From NCBI GenBank assembly GCA_030040915.1, contig JASHSI010000062.1, positions 1-49,003 of the forward strand: DNA of 49,003 nt. Direction: 5' to 3'. The DNA comes from Thermoplasmata archaeon (GTDB lineage: Archaea > Thermoplasmatota > Thermoplasmata > Lutacidiplasmatales > UBA184). How positions within the stretch are numbered: position 1 is the first letter of the stretch; each line of letters opens with the position of its first letter. The notes beneath the pieces were generated by a model, which worked only from the letters and a program-made list of their open reading frames with translations, was not told the DNA's origin and searched no databases. Of this stretch, positions 34,495 through 42,546 are shown piece after piece. Both the position numbers and the translations under genes were made by a program.

Positions 34495-35082
34495 ATGGGC
34501 GAGAAGATCGAGCCGTACGTCCACCGCTACGTCGAGGAGACGAAGGCGGCGCTCTCGGACCCCTACCTCGCCGAGGGGGTCGCCCGGGTGGTCCCCGTCC
34601 TCCTCGAGGCCCGGAAGAACGACCGGACGATCTACTTCTTCGGCAACGGCGGCAGCGCCTCGACCGCGTCCCACTTCGTGGTCGACATCGGGAAGGCGAC
34701 GATCCGGGGCGACGGCCGCCGCTTCCGATGCGTGGGGCTCGTCGACAACGTCGAGAGCGTCACGGCCTGGGCGAACGACCTCGAGTACGCGAGCGTCTTC
34801 TCCGAGCAGCTCGCGACGCTCGCCCGCCCGGGGGACGTCGCCTGGGGGATCAGCGGCAGCGGCAACTCCCCGAACGTCCTCAAGGCGATGGAGGTCGCGA
34901 AGAGGTTGGACCTGCGGACGATCGGCCTCACGGGGATGGGCGGCGGCCGCCTCAAGGAGATGGTCGAGATCCCGATCGTCGTCCCGTCTCGCTCGATGCA
35001 GCACGTCGAGGACGTCCACCTCCTGATCGGCCACCTCCTCACCGCCTACCTGAGAGACGAGGCCCCTGCTTCCCCCCGATGA
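34495..35082 (+). CDS. gmhA: SIS-domain phosphoheptose isomerase (GmhA-like)
   Basis: This is the 195-aa 3' part of track ORF 33904..35082, with IYFFGNGGSASTASHF, WGISGSGNSPNV and IGLTGMGGG. Confidence 0.8.
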   Translation: MGEKIEPYVHRYVEETKAALSDPYLAEGVARVVPVLLEARKNDRTIYFFGNGGSASTASHFVVDIGKATIRGDGRRFRCVGLVDNVESVTAWANDLEYASVFSEQLATLARPGDVAWGISGSGNSPNVLKAMEVAKRLDLRTIGLTGMGGGRLKEMVEIPIVVPSRSMQHVEDVHLLIGHLLTAYLRDEAPASPR

Positions 35083-35921
35083 CCGTCAAGGTCCGGGACT
35101 ACATGGTGCTCGAGGTCGAGCACCTGACGAGCCGGACCACGGTCGGGGAGGCCGTCGAGCGGCTCATGAAGAGCCGCCACCACGGATTTCCCGTCACCGA
35201 CTCCGACGGACGCCTCGTCGGGTTCGTCAGCGCGAAGGAGCTGTTGAGGAACATCCGCGAGCGGTCGAAGACGCTCGCGGAGATCATCCGGCCCGGGACC
35301 TACACCGCGAGCCCGGAGATGGCGATCGACGACGTCGCGCGGGTCATGTTCCGCTTCGGGCTCCGCGACCTCCCGATCACCGACGAGGACGGCCGCCTCT
35401 GCGGGATCGTCTCGAACCTCGACATCGTCCGCTCCCACTTCGAGCGGGCCTCCCCGGCGAAGGCCGACGCCCTGAAGACGCTCCTCACCGAGCGCTACGA
35501 CCTGCCGTTCGCCTACCGGCGCGGCCTCGTGCCGATCTCCCGCCTCACCCCGACGCAGTGGAAGGTGTTCGAGGACGAGCTCGAGGGGCGTCGCTACGAG
35601 CTCGAGCGCGGCTTCGCCGAGCCGGTCCTCGTGGTCCAGAAGGGCGAGCAGTGGATCCTCATCGACGGGCACCACCGAGCGCTCGCGGCCCGGGAGATGG
35701 GCCTCGCCCAGCTCCAGGCGTTCATCCTGACCTGCGAGCGACCGGGGGAGTTCGCGCGGACCGAGCTCGGGCTCGAGCGGATCGCGCGCGACCACGGGCT
35801 CCGGACCCTGGACGACATCGAGATCGACCGGTCGGCGCACCACCCGCTCCTCGAGGTCACCACCCAGCTGTTGAGGCGGCTCGAGCCGGCCGACGGCGCC
35901 CCCGAGTCCGGCCGATCGTAG
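35079..35921 (+). CDS. CBS-pair protein fused to a ParB/Srx-like domain
   Basis: This is the 280-aa 3' part of track ORF 34728..35921, with an ATGA overlap on the gmhA stop. Two CBS motifs are present (HHGFPVTDSDGRLVGFVS and RDLPITDEDGRLCGIVS). PVLVVQKGEQWILIDGHHRALAA is the ParB-like DGHHR box. Confidence 0.8.
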   Translation: MTVKVRDYMVLEVEHLTSRTTVGEAVERLMKSRHHGFPVTDSDGRLVGFVSAKELLRNIRERSKTLAEIIRPGTYTASPEMAIDDVARVMFRFGLRDLPITDEDGRLCGIVSNLDIVRSHFERASPAKADALKTLLTERYDLPFAYRRGLVPISRLTPTQWKVFEDELEGRRYELERGFAEPVLVVQKGEQWILIDGHHRALAAREMGLAQLQAFILTCERPGEFARTELGLERIARDHGLRTLDDIEIDRSAHHPLLEVTTQLLRRLEPADGAPESGRS

Positions 35922-35966
35922 CCCTCGCTCGTCGGCGGGCGGTCGCGGTCGATTCGTACTAAGCCG

Positions 35967-35975
35967 TTATCAAAG
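35967..35975 (+). promoter_or_regulatory. TATA-like box (TTATCAAAG) 27-35 nt upstream of the cupredoxin ATG 36002
   Basis: AT-rich nonamer in an 80-nt GC-rich spacer. Confidence 0.35.
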
Positions 35976-36001
35976 CCCCCCCGGTCGCACGCCCGGCGTC
36001 G

Positions 36002-37075
36002 ATGGTTTCGCTTCGTTTCGGCCGGTCCCCGCGTCGACTGGCCCGATGGTCCCGGCGGGCCCTCTCGATGGGGGTCGGGCTCCTCCTCGTCGCCGCCGCG
36101 GTGGCGGGGTACACGACCGCGGCGAGCTCCGGCGAGTACGTCGAGGTCGCCCATCGCGACGCCGGCGGGGGGGGCGGGGGGAGCACGACCTATCCCACCC
36201 TCGAGGTGAACCTCACCGACAACCTCTCCTTCGACCCAGCGTACCTCTCGGTCCAGGCGGGCGCCACCGAGAACTTCGATCTCGTCAACGTCGGCCAGTA
36301 CAACCATTCGTTCACGCTCTCGAGCCAGGCGAACGATTCGATCAACCGGACGGACACCCCCGAACAGCTCTACCGCTACTTCGTCGCGAACGCGACGGTC
36401 AACGTCACCGTCGCGCCCGGGACGACCCGCAACTTCACCCTGGACATCCCCGAGGATTGGGCCGGGGACTCCTTCGAGTTCGTCTCGATCGTCCCGTACC
36501 AGTTCCAGGCCGGGATGTACGGCTACCTCAACGTGACGAGCGCGGGCGGCGGCGCGTCGTTCACGGTCACCGACCAGACCGAGGCGAGCGCGCTCGCGTT
36601 CACCCCGGCGGCGATCGAGGTGGCGGCGACGAGCTTCCCCGTGCACATCGAGGTCGAGGTGAGCAACCTCGGGTCCACGGGCCACACCTGGACCCTCGTC
36701 GCCCAGGCGGACACGAACATGACGTCGAGCGGATTCACCGCCTACTTCCAAGCCCACCCGCCGGCGGCGAACCTTGCCGTGCCGACGGGCGCCGGCATCA
36801 TCGTCACGGCGAACATCACGCTCGACGCGAAGGGGACCTACCAGTACCTCTGCACGGTCCCGGGCCACTTCGCGAACGGCATGTACGGCTTCCTCTACGT
36901 CGGAGTCCCCGCCCCCGCGGTCGCCGCGCCCCCGAGCACGGCGATCGTCGAGATCTGGGTCCTCGCCGGTGCCGCCTCGGTGCTCGGAATCGGCGCGCTC
37001 CTCGCGGTGAGCTCCGCGTTCGTTGGGCGATTCCCGCCCCCCAGCGAGAAGGGCCCGGGCGAGTCGCACTACTGA
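36002..37075 (+). CDS. Membrane-anchored two-domain cupredoxin (halocyanin/sulfocyanin-like blue copper protein)
   Basis: 357-aa ORF with a twin-arginine-type signal (WSRRALSMGVGLLLVAAAVAG). Domain 2 has type-1 Cu ligands (GHTWTL...YLCTVPGHFANGMYGFLYV). Domain 1 is paralogous but reads FVSIVPYQFQAGMYGYLNV. A C-terminal TM anchor is present. Confidence 0.8.
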   Translation: MVSLRFGRSPRRLARWSRRALSMGVGLLLVAAAVAGYTTAASSGEYVEVAHRDAGGGGGGSTTYPTLEVNLTDNLSFDPAYLSVQAGATENFDLVNVGQYNHSFTLSSQANDSINRTDTPEQLYRYFVANATVNVTVAPGTTRNFTLDIPEDWAGDSFEFVSIVPYQFQAGMYGYLNVTSAGGGASFTVTDQTEASALAFTPAAIEVAATSFPVHIEVEVSNLGSTGHTWTLVAQADTNMTSSGFTAYFQAHPPAANLAVPTGAGIIVTANITLDAKGTYQYLCTVPGHFANGMYGFLYVGVPAPAVAAPPSTAIVEIWVLAGAASVLGIGALLAVSSAFVGRFPPPSEKGPGESHY

Positions 37076-37204
37076 AGGCGCTGCCTCCGCTCGCGCCCGA
37101 CGAACGTCCCCACGTCCGTCCGAACGCTCGGTCCGACGTAGTGGCGGTTAGCGAACTAGGCAGGGGGCGACCCCGTCGGACCTCCCCCTGAGGAGGCAGC
37201 GCCT
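37076..37204. repeat. 13-bp perfect long-range inverted repeat enclosing a nested 7-bp hairpin, between convergent genes
   Basis: AGGCGCTGCCTCC (37076-37088) pairs with GGAGGCAGCGCCT (37192-37204). Inside, CAGGGGG (37161-37167) pairs with CCCCCTG (37184-37190), and its loop holds a further CGAC-CCC-GTCG element. Confidence 0.6.
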
Positions 37205-37292
37205 AGTGGTCATTTCCATAGCTGCCGCCGGGGTGCAGATGGACCCGCCGCGGGTCCGTCGGGGTACGTGGCGGGGCGGCGCGGCCCCGGCG

Positions 37293-37754
37293 CTACACGA
37301 CGACGACGAACGCCCGCATCGTCCCGTGGAATTCGCCGCAGAACTCCGTGCACTGCACGAGGTACTGGGTCCCGGCGGACGCGTCGGGGATCCCGAAGAC
37401 AAGCGAATTGTTCCGTCCTGGGATCGCATCGAGGCGGATCCCTAGCGCCGGGATGTTGAACGAGTGGATCACGTCGGTGCTGGTCACGTTGATCTGGACC
37501 TCGGCATCCGGTTCGACCCACATCGCCCCGCCGGTCGCCGTGTTCGTGGTCGCGTCGTAGGTCGTGTTCCAGCAGGTGCCGTTCTGCGGGTAGCAGAACT
37601 CCCAGTACCACTGGTGGCCGATCACGTCGACGTACTCGGTGGGCTTGGTGGACGGGGAGTCGATGTTGTAGAGGAGGAACGTCGAGTAGACCGCGACGCC
37701 GGCGATCAGGCCAACGACGATGAGGGTCCAGGTGACCTCGAGCTTGTTAACCAT
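37293..37754 (-). CDS. coxB: Cytochrome oxidase subunit II, TM2 plus CuA cupredoxin domain
   Basis: 153-aa ORF. NKLEVTWTLIVVGLIAGVAVYS is the TM2 region. The CuA site is HSFNIP...CTEFCGEFHGTM. Confidence 0.85.
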   Translation of the reverse strand: MVNKLEVTWTLIVVGLIAGVAVYSTFLLYNIDSPSTKPTEYVDVIGHQWYWEFCYPQNGTCWNTTYDATTNTATGGAMWVEPDAEVQINVTSTDVIHSFNIPALGIRLDAIPGRNNSLVFGIPDASAGTQYLVQCTEFCGEFHGTMRAFVVVV

Positions 37755-38004
37755 ACCGCCTCTTCTTCGTCGCGGGGTCCTGGAACTTGTACAGGGCGTA
37801 GACCATGATGCCCCAGGTGATGATCGCCCCGGCCACCGAGATGGCGACCATCACCCAGACGAGGGGGATGGTCTCTTGGAGGTTCGACGGACCTGCGGTC
37901 GCCCCGGCGGTGAGGGCGAGGAGGGTCGACCCGCCGGCCACGATGGTGAGCGAGCGGGCGAGCCGCCGCAGCCACACGCCTAGGTCCGAAGGACCTCGGT
38001 ACAT
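37747..38004 (-). CDS. coxB: N-terminal (TM1) fragment of cytochrome oxidase subunit II as a separate ORF
   Basis: 85-aa ORF ending ...IPLVWVMVAISVAGAIITWGIMVYALYKFQDPATKKRRYG*. It overlaps the downstream coxB ORF by 8 nt in a different frame. Together the two ORFs give a normal CoxII topology. Confidence 0.6.
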   Translation of the reverse strand: MYRGPSDLGVWLRRLARSLTIVAGGSTLLALTAGATAGPSNLQETIPLVWVMVAISVAGAIITWGIMVYALYKFQDPATKKRRYG

Positions 38005-38137
38005 ATGGGCCGCGTACGAACCGGTCCGGGCCTCCCACCCCCCTCCGCGCGGGGGAAACCCGGGCCGAGCCGGGACCGAAGCGTACTAACACACTACTTT
38101 TGAAGCGGGCCCGGGTCGGCGGCCCGGGTCCGAACGG

Positions 38138-38839
38138 ATGGCCGGTCGTTGGGGTTGGGTAGGAGCCCTCGGCTTGGCGCTCTTCGTCGCCGCCTGGGCG
38201 GGGAGCGGGGGCGCGATCCTCGGGGGAAGCGCCCCGACGAACGCGGCCCACGGGCTTACGACCCAGGCCTCGAGCGGCGTCGACTGGCTGAACGTCACCG
38301 TGAGCGACCAGTTCCGGTTCACGGTGACGACGAGTCCGTCCGGGCCGGCCGAGATCAGCCCCGGGGACATCGTCCACGTGGACGTGACCCAGATCGGTAC
38401 CACGCCGCACACCTTCACGCTCTCCCCGACGGGCGACTACTCCTTCCCGACGAGCGATTCGACCTCGGACCTCGACACCTACTTCGCCTCCCACGCTCCG
38501 CTGATCAGCCTCAACGTGAGCGCCAGCACCGGGGCCCACGCCTACGGCAACTTCACCGCCCCCTCCGCCGGACAGTACGAGTACGTCTGCCTCGAGCCGG
38601 ACCACTTCTCCTACGGCATGTACGGGTTCCTCGGTTCCGGCGAGCCGGGACAGGGCGCCGGCGCCGCGGCCTACAACGGTCCGGGCGCCCCGGTCTTCAT
38701 CATCGCCGGGACGATCACGGCGCTCGTCATCATCGCTCTCGTCCTTGGATTCGTCGTGGGAAAGCGGCGCGGGTCGCACGACGAGATGCCGCCGGAGCGG
38801 CTCGGCTACCCCGAACCCCCGACGAACCCCAAACCGTAA
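38138..38839 (+). CDS. Membrane-anchored single-domain cupredoxin (blue copper protein)
   Basis: 233-aa ORF with a signal-like N-terminus, type-1 Cu ligands (PHTFTL...YVCLEPDHFSYGMYGFL) and a C-terminal TM anchor (VFIIAGTITALVIIALVLGFVVGKRR). Confidence 0.8.
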   Translation: MAGRWGWVGALGLALFVAAWAGSGGAILGGSAPTNAAHGLTTQASSGVDWLNVTVSDQFRFTVTTSPSGPAEISPGDIVHVDVTQIGTTPHTFTLSPTGDYSFPTSDSTSDLDTYFASHAPLISLNVSASTGAHAYGNFTAPSAGQYEYVCLEPDHFSYGMYGFLGSGEPGQGAGAAAYNGPGAPVFIIAGTITALVIIALVLGFVVGKRRGSHDEMPPERLGYPEPPTNPKP

Positions 38840-38901
38840 CGACTAAGAGGGAGGGTGTCCTCCAACCTACGGACCTTGTAAGAGGTTCGGTAGGTGGATC
38901 G

Positions 38902-39939
38902 ATGGCTTGGGGAAGCCCGACCAAGGAGCGCCGCGTCCTGAAGGCCGGTCACTCGTCGATCGCCGTCACGCTGCCGAAGCCGTGGGCCGAGGCGATGAAC
39001 CTCCGGGCCGGAGACCTCGTGGTCTTCGACCAGAACGACGACGGTACGCTGTTCCTCCGTCCCGCCGCCGCGACGGCCGGGACCGCCCCGGGAGCCCCGT
39101 ACGTCGTGGAGGCCCATTCGGTGGAGTCGCCGGGCTTCCTCGAGCGGCTCGTCGTCGGCGCCTACCGGGTCGGCCACGATTCGATTGAGATCCGGACAAC
39201 GGTGGCGCTCGCCCCGGAGCGGCTCGAAGAGCTCCACCAGGCCGCGCGCAAGCTCCTGGGGGTCAGCGTCGTCGCCCAGGAGCCGAACCGGGTGCTCATC
39301 CAGAGCTTCATCGACCCGTCGAAGTACGAGCTGCCGCAGCTCGTCCAGCGCATGAAGATGATCCTCGTCGCCTCGATCGAGGAGTCGGAGGAGCTCCTGA
39401 AGAACGGCGGACGGTCGCGCCGTCTGACCTCGCTCGCGGAGGAGACGAACCGCGTCCTCGCCCTCCTGGTGCGCCAGCTGTTCCTCTCGAGCCGAGACTG
39501 GTCGCTCGCCCGGCGGATCGGGAGCCCGGATCCCCGGCGCCTCCTCGAGTGGCGGGTGGTCGTCCACGCGCTCGAGGAGCTGGGCGGGCTCGTCGGGGAG
39601 ATCGCCCGGGAGCTCCACGAGCACCCGGCGGAACCCGGCGGAGCCGACCCGGACCTCGCTGCGCTCCTCGCCGAGCTCAAGAACCGCCTCAAGTGCATCG
39701 TCGACGCCCTCATGCACCCGTCGCTCCAAGGGGCCGCGGAGGCGTACTCCGAGAGCGGGCACCTCGCGGAGCTCGCGCGCGAGGCCGCCCGGCGCCTGAA
39801 GGGACCGGCCCGCAAGAGCGGGGTCCTCCCGGCCACGGTCGCGGTGCAGCGCGGCGCGGCGTGCCTCTCCCGCCTTTCGGAGGTGGCGCTCGATCGCGCC
39901 GTCTCCGAGGGGAACGCGACGATCCTTGTCCCGACCTGA
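38902..39939 (+). CDS. AbrB/SpoVT-domain plus PhoU-domain regulator
   Basis: Internal ATG of track ORF 38149..39939. The N-terminus is VLKAGHSSIAVTLPKPWAEAMNLRAGDLVVFDQNDDGTLFLRP (AbrB-like). It is followed by two PhoU-like helical repeats. Confidence 0.75.
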   Translation: MAWGSPTKERRVLKAGHSSIAVTLPKPWAEAMNLRAGDLVVFDQNDDGTLFLRPAAATAGTAPGAPYVVEAHSVESPGFLERLVVGAYRVGHDSIEIRTTVALAPERLEELHQAARKLLGVSVVAQEPNRVLIQSFIDPSKYELPQLVQRMKMILVASIEESEELLKNGGRSRRLTSLAEETNRVLALLVRQLFLSSRDWSLARRIGSPDPRRLLEWRVVVHALEELGGLVGEIARELHEHPAEPGGADPDLAALLAELKNRLKCIVDALMHPSLQGAAEAYSESGHLAELAREAARRLKGPARKSGVLPATVAVQRGAACLSRLSEVALDRAVSEGNATILVPT

Positions 39940-40019
39940 GGCTCTTTAAGAGCCGAGGGTCCGGACCGTTCGTACGGGTCGGACCGCCCCGTACGAACGC
40001 CATATCCCCGAATTTCGGG
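39940..40019. promoter_or_regulatory. Three consecutive palindromes/hairpins in the phoU-tatA spacer
   Basis: GGCTCTT-T-AAGAGCC spans 39940-39954. CGTTCGTACGGG (39967-39978) pairs with CCCGTACGAACG (39988-39999). CCCGAA-T-TTCGGG spans 40007-40019. The last overlaps the AT-richer CATATCCCCGAATTTC about 20-30 nt upstream of the tatA ATG. Confidence 0.45.
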
Positions 40020-40033
40020 TCGGTCGGACTGCC

Positions 40034-40240
40034 ATGTTCGACTCTATCGACGATTGGTTGATCATCGCCGTGGTCGCCGCGATCCTGTTCTACGGCTCGT
40101 CGAAGATCCCCCAGCTCGCGCACAGCCTGGGCCGCTCCATGGGCGAGTTCAAGCGCGGGCGCATGGAGGTCGAGCGCGAGATCCGGGCGGAGCAGGCGAA
40201 GGACGCTGCGGCCGGCGGGCCGACGGTCCCGGCGCACTAG
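40034..40240 (+). CDS. tatA: Twin-arginine translocase TatA/E
   Basis: 68-aa ORF. WLIIAVVAAILFYGSSKIPQLAHSLGRSMGEFKRG shows the TM helix, hinge and amphipathic helix. Confidence 0.85.
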   Translation: MFDSIDDWLIIAVVAAILFYGSSKIPQLAHSLGRSMGEFKRGRMEVEREIRAEQAKDAAAGGPTVPAH

Positions 40241-40331
40241 TCCGCGGGGCGCTTCTCGAGGTTCGACGATGCCGAACGAGCGGCCGCGCTCCGTACCTCC
40301 GGCCGCCCGTCGCGGGGTCGGGGAGTGACCG

Positions 40332-41165
40332 GTGGGAGATCTCGATCGGATCCTCTCCGTCCTGGGGGAGGCCCGGCGCCGCCTGGTCCGGATCGCCCTG
40401 GTCCTCGCCCCGATCTTCGGCTTCCTCATCACGTTCGAGCTGCGGCCGATCTCGGTCCGGCTGGGAGCGGTCACGCTCCCGCTCGCCTACCCCTATCCGA
40501 GCCTGTTCTACAACGTGACCGCGCAGGTCTTCGGGGTGCTACGGAACTGGGAGCTCCCCCCGAACGTCACGCTGCTCAACCTAGGCGTCGGGGACTCGGT
40601 GATCGCCCAGATCGAGCTCGCCGCGCTCCTCACCGTGATCCTCGGGATGCCCTGGATCGTCCACGAGGCCGCCGCGTTCCTCGTCCCGGCGCTGCGGAAC
40701 AACGAGCGTGGCCTGATCCGGCAGATCGGGATCCCGGCGACGACCCTCTTCGCGGTTGGGACGCTCCTCGGCTTCCTCTACCTGACGCCGCTCACCCTGC
40801 GACTCCTCTTCCTCTACGTCGCGGCGATGGGGGCGGCGCCGGTCCTCGGGATCGAGTCGTTCATCGAATTCACGCTCCTCTACTCGATGGCGTTCGGGAT
40901 CACCTTCGAGCTTCCGGTGTTCATCTACGGACTGACCCGCCTCGGGGTCGTACCGGCGTCGAGCTGGCGCAAGCACTGGCGTGGGGCGATCCTGGGGAGC
41001 CTCGTCTTCGGGATGCTGGTGACGCCGGACAACTCGGGGATCACGATGCTCCTCATCGCGATCCCGATGATCGGCCTGTACTTCGGCGGGACGTTCTTCG
41101 CGGGCCGCTGGGAGCGATCCACCTCGGCACGGCCCCCGATCTCGCCGATCGCCGGGGGGGCGTGA
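40332..41165 (+). CDS. tatC: Twin-arginine translocase TatC
   Basis: 277-aa ORF with GTG start, six hydrophobic spans, and a TatC-like N-terminus (ILSVLGEARRRLVRIALVL). Confidence 0.85.
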   Translation: MGDLDRILSVLGEARRRLVRIALVLAPIFGFLITFELRPISVRLGAVTLPLAYPYPSLFYNVTAQVFGVLRNWELPPNVTLLNLGVGDSVIAQIELAALLTVILGMPWIVHEAAAFLVPALRNNERGLIRQIGIPATTLFAVGTLLGFLYLTPLTLRLLFLYVAAMGAAPVLGIESFIEFTLLYSMAFGITFELPVFIYGLTRLGVVPASSWRKHWRGAILGSLVFGMLVTPDNSGITMLLIAIPMIGLYFGGTFFAGRWERSTSARPPISPIAGGA

Positions 41166-41173
41166 CGTAGCCG

Positions 41174-41554
41174 ATGGCGCTCTTCTCCGATGTCGACTGG
41201 GCGATCATCCTCGTCGCGGCCGCCTTCCTCTTCTTCGGCCCGGAGAACCGCCAGATCGTCCGCACGCTCGGTCGCTACTACGCCCGAGCGATGCGGATGC
41301 GCGAGGAGCTCCTGGGCCAGGTCGCGCGGGCGGCCGACCTGCCCGTCCGTCCCGGAGAACCCGTGAACCTCCGGGAAGCCCTCCTCGGCGACACGACGGC
41401 CCCGCGCCTTGCCTCGGGGATCCCCGCGGCGGTCACGCAGGCGCCGAAGCTCACCTATCCCCCGACGGGGAGCGCCTGGACCGGGGCGATGGGCCCCCAG
41501 TCCTGGTCGATGGCCCTGCCCCCGCTCGGCCCGGAGGGAGGGGGAGGCCGATGA
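41174..41554 (+). CDS. Second TatA/TatB-like protein
   Basis: 126-aa ORF. WAIILVAAAFLFFGPENRQIVRTLGRYYARAMR matches the TatA/B hinge pattern, and the C-terminus is extended and Pro-rich. Confidence 0.6.
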   Translation: MALFSDVDWAIILVAAAFLFFGPENRQIVRTLGRYYARAMRMREELLGQVARAADLPVRPGEPVNLREALLGDTTAPRLASGIPAAVTQAPKLTYPPTGSAWTGAMGPQSWSMALPPLGPEGGGGR

Positions 41555-41736
41555 GCGTCCTCACCATCGACCAGGAGGTCTACTTGACGGTCCTCCTCTC
41601 GACGTTGTTCGGGATCTTCATCACCTGGGCGATCTACTACAACAGCGACCGGGCCGAGCTCCCCGGTCAGGCAACAATCCCCGATCCGGCGATCCCCGCC
41701 GATCCCGTGGTCGATGCGACCGGGAGGACGCTGTAG
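41551..41736 (+). CDS. Small hypothetical single-TM protein
   Basis: 61-aa ORF with an ATGA overlap on the preceding stop and one hydrophobic helix (LTVLLSTLFGIFITWAIYY). Confidence 0.4.
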   Translation: MSVLTIDQEVYLTVLLSTLFGIFITWAIYYNSDRAELPGQATIPDPAIPADPVVDATGRTL

Positions 41737-41739
41737 CCC

Positions 41740-42537
41740 ATGGCGTTCTGCCCGAGGTTCGTCGCGCCGGCGAGTCCCTACCCCCGCCTGGGCCAGATCC
41801 GCAACGCGGCCGTCGGTGCAGCCCCGTCGGAGCCGCCGAAGGAGGTCGATGAGACGAAGCGGAACGTCCTGAAGCTCCTCGCGGTCGCGGGGATCGTCGG
41901 CGCGGCCGGCGGCGGTCTCGCCGCCGGAGCGCTCCAGTACGCCCAACCCCCGTCGATCGGGCTCGCTTCCTTCCCCACCGTGCAACTCCTCGACCTCGAC
42001 GGCTCCCCGCTCACGGTGACGAACGTGGAGAAGGAGTACAACGTGATGACGAACGAGGTGCTCCTGTTCAACTACCCGCTCGGGAACGAGCCGAACTTCC
42101 TGATCAACCTCGCCCCGGCGACGCCCGGCGGCATCGGCGCGACGAACGTCAAGAACGGGATCGGGCACCAGAACTCGATCGTCGCGTTCAGCGCGATCTG
42201 CCAGCATCTGGGATGCCCCGCCCCCGCGATCAACTTCTTCCCGCCGGGGACCTGCCCGCAGACCCCCGGCGGCAAGAAGTTCTACATCCACTGCACCTGC
42301 CACGGCTCGACCTACGACCCGACGAACGGGGCCGCGAACCTCACCGGGCCGGCGGTCCTTCCGCTCCCCCAGGTGATCCTCCAATGGGACACCTCCGACG
42401 ACACGATCTACGCGGTCAGCGAGGTCGGTCCGCCGGTGAACGGTCACCTGTCGACGCTCACGGGGGATTACGGGGTCGGCAACTCCTCCCAGCTGTCGCA
42501 GCAATCCCCGGTGCGCCTGTGCAACTTCCCCTCGTAG
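41740..42537 (+). CDS. Rieske [2Fe-2S] protein of a bc-type complex
   Basis: 265-aa ORF with CQHLGC and CTCHGS boxes and an N-terminal signal/anchor (KRNVLKLLAVAGIVGAAGGG). Confidence 0.85.
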   Translation: MAFCPRFVAPASPYPRLGQIRNAAVGAAPSEPPKEVDETKRNVLKLLAVAGIVGAAGGGLAAGALQYAQPPSIGLASFPTVQLLDLDGSPLTVTNVEKEYNVMTNEVLLFNYPLGNEPNFLINLAPATPGGIGATNVKNGIGHQNSIVAFSAICQHLGCPAPAINFFPPGTCPQTPGGKKFYIHCTCHGSTYDPTNGAANLTGPAVLPLPQVILQWDTSDDTIYAVSEVGPPVNGHLSTLTGDYGVGNSSQLSQQSPVRLCNFPS

Positions 42538-42546
42538 GACGGCACG

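Noticed and set aside
35594-37069. 491-aa minus-strand ORF antisense to the CBS-ParB and cupredoxin genes; also 41455..42918 (-), 28238..29998 (-), 38149..38901 (+) and 45027..45920 (-)
   Set aside because: The reason is the same in each case: high-GC stop-codon deserts give long junk ORFs opposite to or out of frame with genes that have strong motifs.
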